This document shows, piece after piece, positions 38,201-48,868 of a DNA stretch of 63,493 nt. A program made the translations under genes and the position numbers. Numbering within the stretch: position 1 is the first letter of the stretch; each line of letters begins with the position of its first letter. Under the pieces are notes generated by a model. It worked only from the letters and a program-made list of their open reading frames with translations. It was not told the DNA's origin and searched no databases. Source of the DNA: Acidiferrobacterales bacterium. Its GTDB lineage: Bacteria; Pseudomonadota; Gammaproteobacteria; Acidiferrobacterales; JAJDNE01. The DNA is taken from NCBI GenBank assembly GCA_048060695.1, contig JBGMQT010000006.1, positions 1 to 63,493 of the forward strand, in the 5' to 3' direction.

Positions 38201-40932
38201 TGCAGGGTATTTATCAAAACGTTTCCTTGCTGGTCAGTGCGCTGAGTGATGCTGGCGTCGACCCCATACCCATGCGCGACAATTTGATAACGCTGGCGGC
38301 AGAAATCCAGCGTGAGCTGGAAGTTCTGGAAGTACAGGACGGGAGCAGGTTGGGAGCGGGATCGTTTGCACCTGTTGCGGCTAGTTTTGTGCCGGCTGCA
38401 CCCACTGTTCAGACACCACCCATTGGCGTACCCGCTGCTGTGGTTTCTGCCCAGGCCGACCAGATAGATCCTGAACTGCTGGATATCTTTCAGGAAGAGG
38501 CCTTCGATCTCTTGCTATCCATTGAAGCCTCTCTGACTCGCTGGCGCGCAGATAATGACGACCGTGGTGCAGTGTCCGATCTTAAACGCGCCCTGCATAC
38601 CTTGAAGGGTGGTGCGCGCATGGCCGGCGCCATGACCATGGGTAGCGTTAGCCACGATACCGAGAGCTTGCTGGAGGAAGTGGCAAACGGGTCAATTCAG
38701 GCGAATTCAGATTTGCTCGACCTGCTCGATGAAGTGCACGACACCGTCGCAGCTATGCTTGAGCAATTGCAATCCGGCCAGCCTGTGGAGGATGCGAGCG
38801 GGCTCCAGGCGAGAATCAAGGCGCTAATTGCTGGCGATACGGCTGCTGCTGCGAATGTAAGCGCGGTAGTGCCGGCGCCGGGTGGGACGGAAATATCCCG
38901 GGCAGGGGCTCTTTTTGCACCGGTCACGCCGGTGGGTTCCACGGCGCCGACGGCGAGCACAGAACTGACCATAGACAGGCGACCTGAAAACCGTGACGCC
39001 GTGGATAGACGTCACGATCAGGAAGAGCGTCGCGATGGCTCTCGCACATCGGGGGATCGTCGTGGCCAGGGCCAAATTCGCGTGCGCACAGAACTACTTA
39101 ATGAATTGGTAAATTATGCTGGTGAGGTGAGTATTTCGCGTTCGCGAATGGAACAACAAATCTTCGGGTTCCGCGAGAATTTACATGAGTTACATGGCAA
39201 TGTAACCCGCTTTCGTGAACAATTACGTGATCTCGAAATCCAGTCAGAATCACAAATATTGTTCCGAACCGAGCGCGAAGCGACAGCGCCCGATTCCGAT
39301 TTTGATCCGTTGGAGTTCGACCGTTTTACACAGCTACAGCAGTTATCCCGTGGTTTGACCGAGAGTCTGCATGATTTGTCGGCGATCCAGAATAGTCTCG
39401 ACAACCATATCGGTGAAGCGGAAACCGTATTACAACAACAGGCGCGCTTGAATACAGACCTGCAAGAAGGTTTGATGCGTACGCGCATGGTTGATTTTAG
39501 CTCCCAGGCAGCGCGTCTACGCCACATCGTGAGGCAGACGTCGCGCGAATTAGGTAAACGGGTGGAGCTCGTCCTGGCTGCCACCAATGTTGAAATTGAT
39601 CGCAACGTGCTGGAACGCATGATCGGCCCGTTCGAACACATGATACGAAACTCTATCGACCACGGCATGGAAGATGCTGCAACCCGTGCGACCGCTGGCA
39701 AGTCTGAGATGGGTACGATCACTATTTCCACGCTGCAGGAAGGCAGCGAGATTGTCATTCGCTTTGCCGATGACGGCGCCGGTCTGGATGTAAATGCCAT
39801 CCGTTCCAAGGCCATCGAGCGTGGGCTGATGGCAGGAGACAGCACGCTCAGCGAAGAGGAAATTATCCAGTTCATTCTGGTGTCCGGTTTCTCAACAGCC
39901 AAAACCGTTACTCATCTGTCCGGGCGAGGTGTGGGCATGGATGTGGTGCACAACGAAGTAAAACAGCTTGGTGGCACCATGTCGGTGGATACCCAGACAG
40001 GTGCAGGCACCACGTTTATTGTGCGCTTACCCTTGACGTTGTCGATAACCCAGGCGCTCATGATTGGACTGGGCGAACAACTGTTTGCCATCCCGATATC
40101 TACGGTATCGAATATTCTTGAGGTGCCAGTAGAAACCCTCGACCAGATCAAGATGGGAGAGAGACCGTTATTGCATCACGGCGATACAATTTATCCTTTC
40201 GCACAACTGGCCAGACGACTGGGACTGACAGCGCGACCGCGGAATGAGCACAAGGTACCGGTGCTACTTGTAAAAACCGGTTCTCGTGAAGTGGCGATGC
40301 AGGTGGATGCGCTGGTGGGGACACGGGAAATTGTTATCAAAGCTCTGGGCAAGCAGCTCAATGAGCTCACCGGCATTGCTGGTGCCACTATTCTCGGTGA
40401 TGGTCAGGTGGTACTAATTCTGGATGTGCCGGCACTCATGATCACCGAAGAAGCGCTGCATGTATTCCGGGGTGAGCCATCACAACCGCGGCCTTCCGCC
40501 GGTGCGACACCCGGTACAGGTACGACCACGTCGTCCGCTGCTGAACCACGACGTCCTGCCATTATGGTGGTCGATGATTCACTTACCGTACGCAAAGTTA
40601 CCAGTCGTGGAATGCAAAAACACGGCATGGAGGTAACGGTTGCTAAAGATGGTGTGGATGCACTGGAAAAATTGCGAGGCGATCGACTGCCCGATGTTAT
40701 GCTGGTGGACATCGAAATGCCCCGCATGGATGGTTACGAGCTTACCGGGCGGATCCGCGAAGATGACCGGCTGAAACATATCCCTATTATCATGATTACG
40801 TCACGTGCGGGCGAGAAACATCGTAAACGTGCATTTGATCTGGGCGTGAACGACTATATGAGCAAGCCGTATCAGGAAGACAAACTCGTTGAAGCCATTG
40901 TCAGTTTATTGCCAGCGGGTGTCTCACTTTAA
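35278..40932 (+). CDS. chpA: ChpA/PilL hybrid histidine kinase (multi-Hpt, HATPase, CheW, REC)
   Basis: LGWVKAEI start; HTLKGSG, HTLRGSG, HTLKGGA Hpt motifs; EHMIRN, SGRGVGMDVV; C-terminal VDDSLTVR, DIEMPRMDG. Confidence 0.96.
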   Translation: MSTYSQVDTSTLGWVKAEIDETLKQARLSLETFADDTSDDSRLRYCITHLHQVVGTLLMVELDGAASLAKETESLADAVYKGETEPSEAVFEALTRGILSIPDHLARLQFGQVDSPLRLLPLINDLRIAHGIKPISELDLFTPDLSVRPPENKDAEKLRDPAFLKLAKQLRHPFQQALLSWLRNGEDQISLEKMAQVIDDLRDKARIASIEQLFWAAGAMIEAFHDGGLDATNERKRLVSRLDQNMKKLIDGVDKSTLRAASEDLLKSMLLEVGYATSGGIRVSQLKQAFALDTLVPQKLDSDADIEDLPTPEALKSVAEALGQEITDAQEILSGFFDEEADETDSLEPVLPLFHTMSNTLEMLGIKPLKALTDELTETSKAVIDGVITDIEVASMPMARALLIIEQSTKEMHGSPVVWKQQVDDAIWVLRSLYSDDLEAPTTEGLEVSDDALSDIEFKQLAAVVGEEVRVNLTKIEEILETFAANPSKVEVLKEVPQNLIQIQGALQILGQDRASEFTLRTSNYVDQVVDGKLSPTPAVLDGLAVSVGTIGAYVEGLQFNRASLDLLIDAAEQDMERAIARGGEVVAMTTKPGRSLKELAIEFEKAVTRWTNDTGNDSARSRVDDGLRDIISVAGRLQNDVVSQIGEQMNTLLEIVDEDPSRISNDLIATLRQSAAKLVDLADQEIEPTSAAVTPVLTPGSAAPPPAPFSDDIDEEIMEIFIEDAQDCIQSINKEFPRWREKPDDKERLKELRRNYHTLKGSGRMVGASDISELAWAVESMLNKVRDNKIKYSDKLFALLEQVAAVLPEMVVHLQGGPATAVNFEALRLLADEFAAGNQPDVPAGPTITARTAGTVVPTPGIRPVPTAEVIEPVFGVPSVGVGILPQLDETLLQIFTVEARGHLSTLEEEISACRAAGGCTVSANLIRATHTLRGSGRSVGLQFMSDACGNMEKLLQELETLQQTLNETHLNFLQGIYQNVSLLVSALSDAGVDPIPMRDNLITLAAEIQRELEVLEVQDGSRLGAGSFAPVAASFVPAAPTVQTPPIGVPAAVVSAQADQIDPELLDIFQEEAFDLLLSIEASLTRWRADNDDRGAVSDLKRALHTLKGGARMAGAMTMGSVSHDTESLLEEVANGSIQANSDLLDLLDEVHDTVAAMLEQLQSGQPVEDASGLQARIKALIAGDTAAAANVSAVVPAPGGTEISRAGALFAPVTPVGSTAPTASTELTIDRRPENRDAVDRRHDQEERRDGSRTSGDRRGQGQIRVRTELLNELVNYAGEVSISRSRMEQQIFGFRENLHELHGNVTRFREQLRDLEIQSESQILFRTEREATAPDSDFDPLEFDRFTQLQQLSRGLTESLHDLSAIQNSLDNHIGEAETVLQQQARLNTDLQEGLMRTRMVDFSSQAARLRHIVRQTSRELGKRVELVLAATNVEIDRNVLERMIGPFEHMIRNSIDHGMEDAATRATAGKSEMGTITISTLQEGSEIVIRFADDGAGLDVNAIRSKAIERGLMAGDSTLSEEEIIQFILVSGFSTAKTVTHLSGRGVGMDVVHNEVKQLGGTMSVDTQTGAGTTFIVRLPLTLSITQALMIGLGEQLFAIPISTVSNILEVPVETLDQIKMGERPLLHHGDTIYPFAQLARRLGLTARPRNEHKVPVLLVKTGSREVAMQVDALVGTREIVIKALGKQLNELTGIAGATILGDGQVVLILDVPALMITEEALHVFRGEPSQPRPSAGATPGTGTTTSSAAEPRRPAIMVVDDSLTVRKVTSRGMQKHGMEVTVAKDGVDALEKLRGDRLPDVMLVDIEMPRMDGYELTGRIREDDRLKHIPIIMITSRAGEKHRKRAFDLGVNDYMSKPYQEDKLVEAIVSLLPAGVSL

Positions 40933-41016
40933 TTCAGCTTATTTTTGCATGTGCACGAGCCACGGACAGCGGGATCGGGCATACTCATTTGCTAATGACA
41001 CAATAAACGGTATCCC

Positions 41017-41457
41017 GTGGAACAAAACGTTCAGCAGTATTTACGCCTGAAACTGGATGGCGCGGTATTTCTACTCCCGAGTACGGCCAGCCTGGCGATA
41101 GAAAAAAGAGAGGGCCTGACCTCCAGTGCAAACAGCACCCTGGTGGCCGCCTGGCGCGAGACCCCAAAAGGCCGTTGGCCTGCTTATAGTCTGGATTCGC
41201 TGCTGCAACCTGCACCTGGCCGCAACTGGACGCGCGCGGTCTATCTAAATGCCACTCCTCACCCTATTGGCCTGGTTGCTGACGAAGTGCAGCTGATCCC
41301 GACGAATTTATTGCAAATTGTACCGTTTCATCCACCAGGTGGCGCGCCCACTGCATTGGGCCACCTGTTTAATGGTGCCCACATTGAAGGTGACGATGTC
41401 TTTCTCGCGCTGGATCCCGGCGCGTTGATCGCCTACCTGGGTTCGCTAGGGGGTTGA
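41017..41457 (+). CDS. Divergent CheW-like protein
   Basis: FLLP, IGLVADEVQLI, LALDPGALI pattern; downstream of chpA. Confidence 0.6.
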   Translation: MEQNVQQYLRLKLDGAVFLLPSTASLAIEKREGLTSSANSTLVAAWRETPKGRWPAYSLDSLLQPAPGRNWTRAVYLNATPHPIGLVADEVQLIPTNLLQIVPFHPPGGAPTALGHLFNGAHIEGDDVFLALDPGALIAYLGSLGG

Positions 41458-41458
41458 C

Positions 41459-41926
41459 ATGGCAGAGTCGCTAACACAAAGCATGCATGCATTGATCCTG
41501 CCGACGTCGCGGGTACCCATGCTCGTGCCCAGCACAATGACAGCAGAAATCATGGGCGTCCCGAAAATATCTCCGTTGCCCTTTTCGGAACCCTGGGTGC
41601 TTGGCGTTATCGGATGGCGCAAACGCGCCATTCCGGTCGTGTCGTTCGAAATTCTTTTAGGCGATCGTGTACCGCCAGTAATGCATCCGCGCTCCAAAGT
41701 GGTTGTGTTTCAACCGCTACAGGGGCACAACGAATGGGATTTCTTTGGATTGCTGGTATCGGCCGATCCGCAACCCTACACGATTAGTGACACAAAAGAT
41801 TTGAGCCCGTCAGAGACACCGATAAACAACCCGGTTGTTGGCGCCACCGTAACCATTGGCCGCACTGCTGTGGTAATTCCGGACATGGAGGCGTTGCAGA
41901 GAATTATGTATCCGGGCTCTCGTTGA
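41459..41926 (+). CDS. CheW-like protein (ChpC-like)
   Basis: MLVPSTMTAEI, WVLGVIGWRKRAIPVVSFE, VIPDMEAL. Confidence 0.8.
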   Translation: MAESLTQSMHALILPTSRVPMLVPSTMTAEIMGVPKISPLPFSEPWVLGVIGWRKRAIPVVSFEILLGDRVPPVMHPRSKVVVFQPLQGHNEWDFFGLLVSADPQPYTISDTKDLSPSETPINNPVVGATVTIGRTAVVIPDMEALQRIMYPGSR

Positions 41927-41937
41927 CCAGCAACTGG

Positions 41938-41965
41938 AAAGCGCCGCTATTGCGGCGCCTTTTTT
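41938..41965. terminator. Terminator between convergent genes
   Basis: AAA-GCGCCGC-tatt-GCGGCGC-CTTTTTT. Confidence 0.8.
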
Positions 41966-41984
41966 ATCCTAATATTTTCTGGTT

Positions 41985-42842
41985 CTAATAACCCCAGTAG
42001 TCCTTCAAAACGTTGTCCTGACCGGCATAGACGGCTTGATTAGCCGGATCGAATTTGGCGAAACCAATTTCTTTCAGCATGGTTTTTCCGTCCGGCTTTT
42101 TCTGTGCCGAGATCAACGCCTGCCGAATTTTTTCCACCATCGCTTTGTCCAAATCCGGGCTGACAGACAAGGCAATATGGGGAATGGGTTCGGTGGTGGA
42201 TACCACGCTGATCGGGGTTCCCTCAACCATGGCCTGACTAACAATCGGTGTCGGGATTATGGCGGCATACACTTTGTTGTCGAGCAACATCGATATACCC
42301 TTTTTTGAATCTTCGACTTCGACAATGATTGGTTGGCGCATCGGATTTGGAAACATGCCGTTCAGGCGTGCTGCACCAATGCTCGGAGATCCCAGGGTAG
42401 CGATGCGTTTTCCGGTCAACTCGGATGGATCGAACACCATGTCTTCATCTCTTACGATCAGCGTGTAGCTAACGGTGTCAGGGACCTTCGCCAGAATCTG
42501 GTAACCCTGCTTGCGGGCTCGATAGGCGGTAAAATGCGCCGCATCCAGATATATGGTGCCTTTCTGTACGGCGACTATCTTGCTCCAGTAGGACATGAAG
42601 TTGGGCACAGTGGAGATGCTGATCTTTTTTCCGGTTACCTGGCTGATATATTGCGCCAGCGGCAGATAGGCTTTGCGTGTTTGTGCTTCGCTGAGAATAG
42701 GCTGAATTGCCAGAACCAGTTCCTGGCCTGCGGGGACAGCCAGTGTTGGGCTCAGCAGGCCCAGCCACAATCCCGTGCCGAGTACGAGTTGCCGCCCAAT
42801 TCCCTTTGAACGGCTCTGGATTACTTTGACTGAATAAGTCAT
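41985..42842 (-). CDS. PhnD/phosphonate-type periplasmic substrate-binding protein (orphan)
   Basis: Signal peptide, LVLAIQP, YLPLAQYIS, TEPIPH; ATG 42842 with GGAGG RBS. Confidence 0.8.
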   Translation of the reverse strand: MTYSVKVIQSRSKGIGRQLVLGTGLWLGLLSPTLAVPAGQELVLAIQPILSEAQTRKAYLPLAQYISQVTGKKISISTVPNFMSYWSKIVAVQKGTIYLDAAHFTAYRARKQGYQILAKVPDTVSYTLIVRDEDMVFDPSELTGKRIATLGSPSIGAARLNGMFPNPMRQPIIVEVEDSKKGISMLLDNKVYAAIIPTPIVSQAMVEGTPISVVSTTEPIPHIALSVSPDLDKAMVEKIRQALISAQKKPDGKTMLKEIGFAKFDPANQAVYAGQDNVLKDYWGY

Positions 42843-43121
42843 TACGAGCCTCCTTAATTTCAGGAACCGGAGGAACCCGGGGTCGCACCGCGGGGTATTT
42901 CCGGTGTTATTCACCAAAATAGTGGTGTTGTTACACTATCAGAGCATAAATTGGGCCATTATCCACAGTAATCTTCAGGTTTCAGGGAATTACCGCTATT
43001 TTCAGGTGATCGTTGTCCATATCAGGTTCCGGGAGTTCCATTCACCCGGTCCGCTGGTACACTGCCGCTCGGCAATTATGCCGCTTACCGTCACTCAATT
43101 ATAGCTGGAGTTGCCACACCC

Positions 43122-43919
43122 GTGTTACCGGATCTGGAACAGATCGCCGAAATCCTGGTTAAGGCTGCCGCAGAGGAATTGGTGCCTCGATTTGCCGAAG
43201 TGACGCGCACACGAAAAATTGATGGCTCCATCGTCACCGCGGCAGACATTTCCATGCAGTCTGTAGTTCAGCGTGAGCTCGCCGCGTCCTGGCCCGAATA
43301 CGGTTTTCTTGGCGAGGAGATGACAGAAGAAGAGCAAATAAAAAGCTGGGATAACCCGGGAAAAGGTATCTGGTGCCTGGACCCGCTCGACGGCACCAGC
43401 AATTTTGCTACCGGAATTCCCATTTTCTCTGTGTCTCTGGCACTGATCATCGGTGGTGATCCGGTGCTTGGCATCGTGCTTGATCCCACGCGAAACGAAT
43501 GCTTCGTGGCCGAACGTGGCAATGGCGCTTGGCTAAACGGTGCCCGCTTAACGGCTGATATACCCCATGTCCCACTGCAGCGAAGTGTTGCCGTGGTTGA
43601 TTTCAAACGGCTGCCGGATGCGCTGGCGGCGCGACTAGGCTCAGCACCTCCCTACGGATCGCAGCGTAATTTCGGTTCCAGCGCGCTGGACTGGTGTTGG
43701 TTAGCTGCCGACCGCTACCAGGTCTACGTACATGGTGGTCAGAAATTGTGGGATTTTGCCGCCGGCAGTCTGATCTTTGAGGAGGCGGGCGGGCGGGCAA
43801 TGACGCTGGATGGCGAGTGTGTCTACTGTGGTGATTTTGAACCTCGCTCAGTGGTAGCTGCGCTCGACCGGCGTACGTTTGAGCAGTGGTGGGAGTGGAT
43901 TTCGGACTCTGCCAGGTGA
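43122..43919 (+). CDS. Inositol monophosphatase (FIG superfamily) protein
   Basis: VTAAD, GEE, WCLDPLDGTSNF, GSSALD, WDFAAG. Confidence 0.92.
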   Translation: MLPDLEQIAEILVKAAAEELVPRFAEVTRTRKIDGSIVTAADISMQSVVQRELAASWPEYGFLGEEMTEEEQIKSWDNPGKGIWCLDPLDGTSNFATGIPIFSVSLALIIGGDPVLGIVLDPTRNECFVAERGNGAWLNGARLTADIPHVPLQRSVAVVDFKRLPDALAARLGSAPPYGSQRNFGSSALDWCWLAADRYQVYVHGGQKLWDFAAGSLIFEEAGGRAMTLDGECVYCGDFEPRSVVAALDRRTFEQWWEWISDSAR

Positions 43920-44327
43920 ATTCTGCCCCGACTTATCTGTCGATAGAAAATTCAAATGTTCATGAAGTGAAAGGCAATTTCCCGCAAATTTGAGGTATTT
44001 ACGCAGGCTGCGACCGTGGTATCTGCTCCTGGCAACCTCGAAGTCTGCCGTGACTATTGCCGAATTCAGGTCTCTGAGAGAGAATACGCCTCCATTTTCG
44101 ACCCGGGGTAGTAATCGACACAAAATAAGCACCACCTGTTGATTACTCGGAACTGAATCAAACATCTCGATTGCCGGTACGCGGTGCTGGTAAACGCCGG
44201 CGACAGGAGTTTACAGTCGGCAAGTCACCGGACGGCCCCAATGGGCGTAACGAATTCACCGGTATCAATTTGATGCTGCCGACAGATTGTCGACAAATTA
44301 TCAAGAAACGAAACGAGGTCTAACCCT

Positions 44328-46328
44328 ATGTCAGCGAAACCCAAAGAGTCCACGCCTGGTCGTCGCGATCTTGCCAACGCCATCCGTGCACTAAGTATGG
44401 ATGCCGTCCAGAAAGCCAATTCCGGTCATCCCGGCGCACCGATGGGCATGGCCGACATCGCCGAAGTACTGTGGAACGATTATCTGAAGCACAATCCGGC
44501 CAATCCCAAGTGGGCCGATCGCGATCGCTTTGTTTTATCTAATGGTCATGGTTCCATGCTGATCTACTCGCTGTTGCATCTGACAGGTTACGATCTGTCG
44601 GTGGATGACCTTAAGGATTTTCGTCAGTTACATTCCAAAACGCCGGGTCACCCCGAGTATGGATATGCGCCTGGTGTCGAGACCACAACCGGTCCGCTGG
44701 GACAGGGCATTACCAATGCTGTTGGTATGGCCATCGCCGAGAAGGCGTTAGCCGCCGAATTCAATGAGAAGGGCCACGACATTGTCGACCACCATACTTA
44801 TGTATTTCTTGGTGACGGCTGCCTGATGGAAGGCATTTCTCACGAGGCCTGTTCACTGGCAGGTACCCTGGGTCTGGGCAAGCTGATTACCTTTTGGGAT
44901 GACAATGGTATTTCAATCGACGGCCACGTTGAAGGTTGGTTTACCGATAATACGCCGAAGCGCTTTGAGGCCTATGGCTGGCACGTTATCGCTGATGTCG
45001 ATGGCCACGACCCGGATGCCATCAGCAAGGCAATCGAGATGGGCAGGGCCATGAGTGACAAACCCACCTTGATCTGCTGCAAAACCACCATTGGCTTTGG
45101 CTCTCCCAACAAGGCCGGCAGCCATGCCTGCCATGGCGCACCGCTGGGTGACGAGGAAATCAACCTGACCAAGGCCGCGCTGGGTTGGGACCACGAAGCT
45201 TTTGAGATTCCGGCCAATGTTTATGCTGGTTGGGATGCAAGGGACACTGGCAAGAAAACCGAGGGCGACTGGAACGAAAAATTCGCCGCTTACATGAAGG
45301 CGTTCCCGGATCAGGCGGCTGAATTCAAACGCCGCATGGCCGGTGACTTGCCGGCAAATTGGGCGGCTGCAGCCGACAAGTTTATCGCCGGCGTCAATGC
45401 CGAGGCCAAAACCACGGCCACACGTCATTCGTCACTGGCGGCTATTGAGGGTTACGCCGGGCTGCTGCCTGAAATATTCGGCGGTTCAGCAGACCTGGGC
45501 GGATCCAACATGACTGAGTGGTCGGCTTACAAACCGATGCGCGCCGAAACACCAGACGCCAACTACATCAACTACGGAGTGCGTGAGTTTGGTATGTCGG
45601 CAATCATGAACGGCATCGCGCTGCACGGCGGACTGATACCCTTTGGTGCTACCTTCCTGATGTTCTCGGAGTACGCGCGAAATGCCCTGCGTATGGCGGC
45701 GTTAATGAAGATACAAAGTATCTTTGTTTATACCCATGACTCAATTGGTCTTGGTGAAGATGGCCCAACGCACCAGCCAATCGAGCAGATTCCCACGTTG
45801 CGTATGATTCCAAACATGTCGGTATGGCGCCCATGTGATGCCGTCGAGAGCGCAGTGAGCTGGCGATTGGCTGTTGAGAAAAAAGATGGACCGTCGTGCC
45901 TGATTTTCTCGCGTCAGAACTTGCAACACCAGAAGCGTAGCGATGCGCAGATTGCGAATATCGCCAGAGGCGGGTATGTGTTGAAGGAGTGCGACGGCAC
46001 ACCGGATGCCATTCTGGTTGCAACCGGCTCCGAGGTGGAGCTGGCGATGCAGGCGGCCGCCAAGCTGGATGGCAAGAAGATTTGCGTGGTTTCCATGCCA
46101 TGCACGAATGTCTTCGATGCCCAGGATGAAAAATATCGTAACGCTGTTTTACCAACGGGCGTACCAGCAGTTGCTGTCGAAGCCGCCGTCACTGGCGGTT
46201 GGTACAAGTATGCGGACGTAGTTGTGGGTATCGACCATTTTGGCGAATCTGCTCCGGCGGGCGATCTGTTCAAGGAATTCGGGTTCACCGTTGAGAACGT
46301 TGTTAAGGCTGTCGAAGGCGTGCTTTAA
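44328..46328 (+). CDS. tkt: Transketolase
   Basis: [45 protein letters not shown]. Confidence 0.98.
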   Translation: MSAKPKESTPGRRDLANAIRALSMDAVQKANSGHPGAPMGMADIAEVLWNDYLKHNPANPKWADRDRFVLSNGHGSMLIYSLLHLTGYDLSVDDLKDFRQLHSKTPGHPEYGYAPGVETTTGPLGQGITNAVGMAIAEKALAAEFNEKGHDIVDHHTYVFLGDGCLMEGISHEACSLAGTLGLGKLITFWDDNGISIDGHVEGWFTDNTPKRFEAYGWHVIADVDGHDPDAISKAIEMGRAMSDKPTLICCKTTIGFGSPNKAGSHACHGAPLGDEEINLTKAALGWDHEAFEIPANVYAGWDARDTGKKTEGDWNEKFAAYMKAFPDQAAEFKRRMAGDLPANWAAAADKFIAGVNAEAKTTATRHSSLAAIEGYAGLLPEIFGGSADLGGSNMTEWSAYKPMRAETPDANYINYGVREFGMSAIMNGIALHGGLIPFGATFLMFSEYARNALRMAALMKIQSIFVYTHDSIGLGEDGPTHQPIEQIPTLRMIPNMSVWRPCDAVESAVSWRLAVEKKDGPSCLIFSRQNLQHQKRSDAQIANIARGGYVLKECDGTPDAILVATGSEVELAMQAAAKLDGKKICVVSMPCTNVFDAQDEKYRNAVLPTGVPAVAVEAAVTGGWYKYADVVVGIDHFGESAPAGDLFKEFGFTVENVVKAVEGVL

Positions 46329-46370
46329 CTGACGACTGATTTTGTTACTTGGTAATTATATTAATTTTAG

Positions 46371-47510
<1,140 letters not shown>

Positions 47511-47664
47511 CCGTAAGCGGTTTCTTCGCTTGTTGAGTTAAGTAAAATATCACCAGCCCGGCCAGTTTATCTTGAGGCCGGGCTGGTTGATTTCTGGCAG
47601 AGAGTTATATGCCAGGCGTGATGATTGTTTTACATGTAGTTTTTTAGCTTTTAAGGAGTTCCAG

Positions 47665-48843
47665 ATGTCTGTAATCAAGATGACCGATCTCGATCTGGCT
47701 GGAAAACGTGTGTTGATCCGCCAGGATTTGAATGTCCCGGTCAAGGATGGAGAAGTCACCAGTGACAAGCGTATCCGCGCGTCCATCCCCACCATTGAGC
47801 ACTGCGTCAAGGCCGGTGCCAGGGTTATGATCATGTCGCACCTGGGTCGCCCGACGGAGGGTGAATACGCCGAAGAATTTTCCCTGAAGCCGGTGGCCAC
47901 ACGATTGTCTTCACTGCTCGATATAAAAATTACCGTGGTACGTGACTGGCTGAATGGAGTAGGTGATCTGGCTGATGGTGACGTCGTACTCTGTGAAAAT
48001 GTGCGCTTTAATGTTGGTGAGAAAAACAATGATGATGAGCTGTCAAAAAAAATGGCGGCACTTTGTGATATCTATGTAATGGATGCCTTCGGTACCGCCC
48101 ATCGCGCCCAGGCGTCAACCCACGGGGTGGCCAGGTATGCTCCTGTTGCCTGTGCGGGTCCGTTGCTGGCAGGTGAACTTGAAGCCCTCGGCAAGGCATT
48201 GGACAATCCCAGGCGTCCCATGGTGGCGATTGTTGGTGGCTCAAAGGTATCAACAAAGCTTACCGTACTTGATTCCCTTTCCACAGTTGTCGACCAGCTG
48301 ATCGTGGGCGGCGGTATCGCCAATACGTTTATTGCAGCCGATGGCCATAATGTCGGCAAGTCACTCTACGAGAAAGACCTGGTGGAAGAAGCCAGAAAGT
48401 TGAAGGCAGCTGCACAGGCCAAGGGTGGTGATATACCGGTCCCGGTTGACGTCGTTTGTGGCAAGGAATTTTCTGAAAGTGCTGCCGCGGTAACAAAGAA
48501 AGTGGAAGATGTAACAGATGACGACATGATTTTTGATATCGGTCCGGAAACTGCAGCACAGTTTGCAGAAATGCTGAAAAGCGCGGGTACGATCGTCTGG
48601 AACGGCCCGGTCGGTGTATTCGAGTTTGACCAGTTTGGCGAAGGCACCGAAACGCTGGGAATGGCAATTGCTGAAAGTGATGCCTTTTCCATTGCGGGTG
48701 GAGGCGATACGCTGGCGGCGGTCGACAAATACGATATTGCTGACAAAGTTTCGTATATCTCCACCGGTGGTGGTGCATTCCTGGAATTCCTCGAAGGAAA
48801 AAAACTACCGGCGGTCGAGATTCTCGAAGAACGCGCCAAATAA
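47665..48843 (+). CDS. pgk: Phosphoglycerate kinase
   Basis: [32 protein letters not shown]; ATG 47665 with AAGGAG RBS. Confidence 0.98.
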   Translation: MSVIKMTDLDLAGKRVLIRQDLNVPVKDGEVTSDKRIRASIPTIEHCVKAGARVMIMSHLGRPTEGEYAEEFSLKPVATRLSSLLDIKITVVRDWLNGVGDLADGDVVLCENVRFNVGEKNNDDELSKKMAALCDIYVMDAFGTAHRAQASTHGVARYAPVACAGPLLAGELEALGKALDNPRRPMVAIVGGSKVSTKLTVLDSLSTVVDQLIVGGGIANTFIAADGHNVGKSLYEKDLVEEARKLKAAAQAKGGDIPVPVDVVCGKEFSESAAAVTKKVEDVTDDDMIFDIGPETAAQFAEMLKSAGTIVWNGPVGVFEFDQFGEGTETLGMAIAESDAFSIAGGGDTLAAVDKYDIADKVSYISTGGGAFLEFLEGKKLPAVEILEERAK

Positions 48844-48868
48844 CACGCTGTGGACATTTAATATTATA

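Noticed and set aside
37340-38960. Pro/Ala/Thr/Val-rich low-complexity stretches in chpA as repeats
   Set aside because: Ordinary inter-Hpt linkers with no DNA-level periodicity seen.
39114-39902. 262-aa antisense ORF
   Set aside because: Shadow of chpA caused by codon bias.
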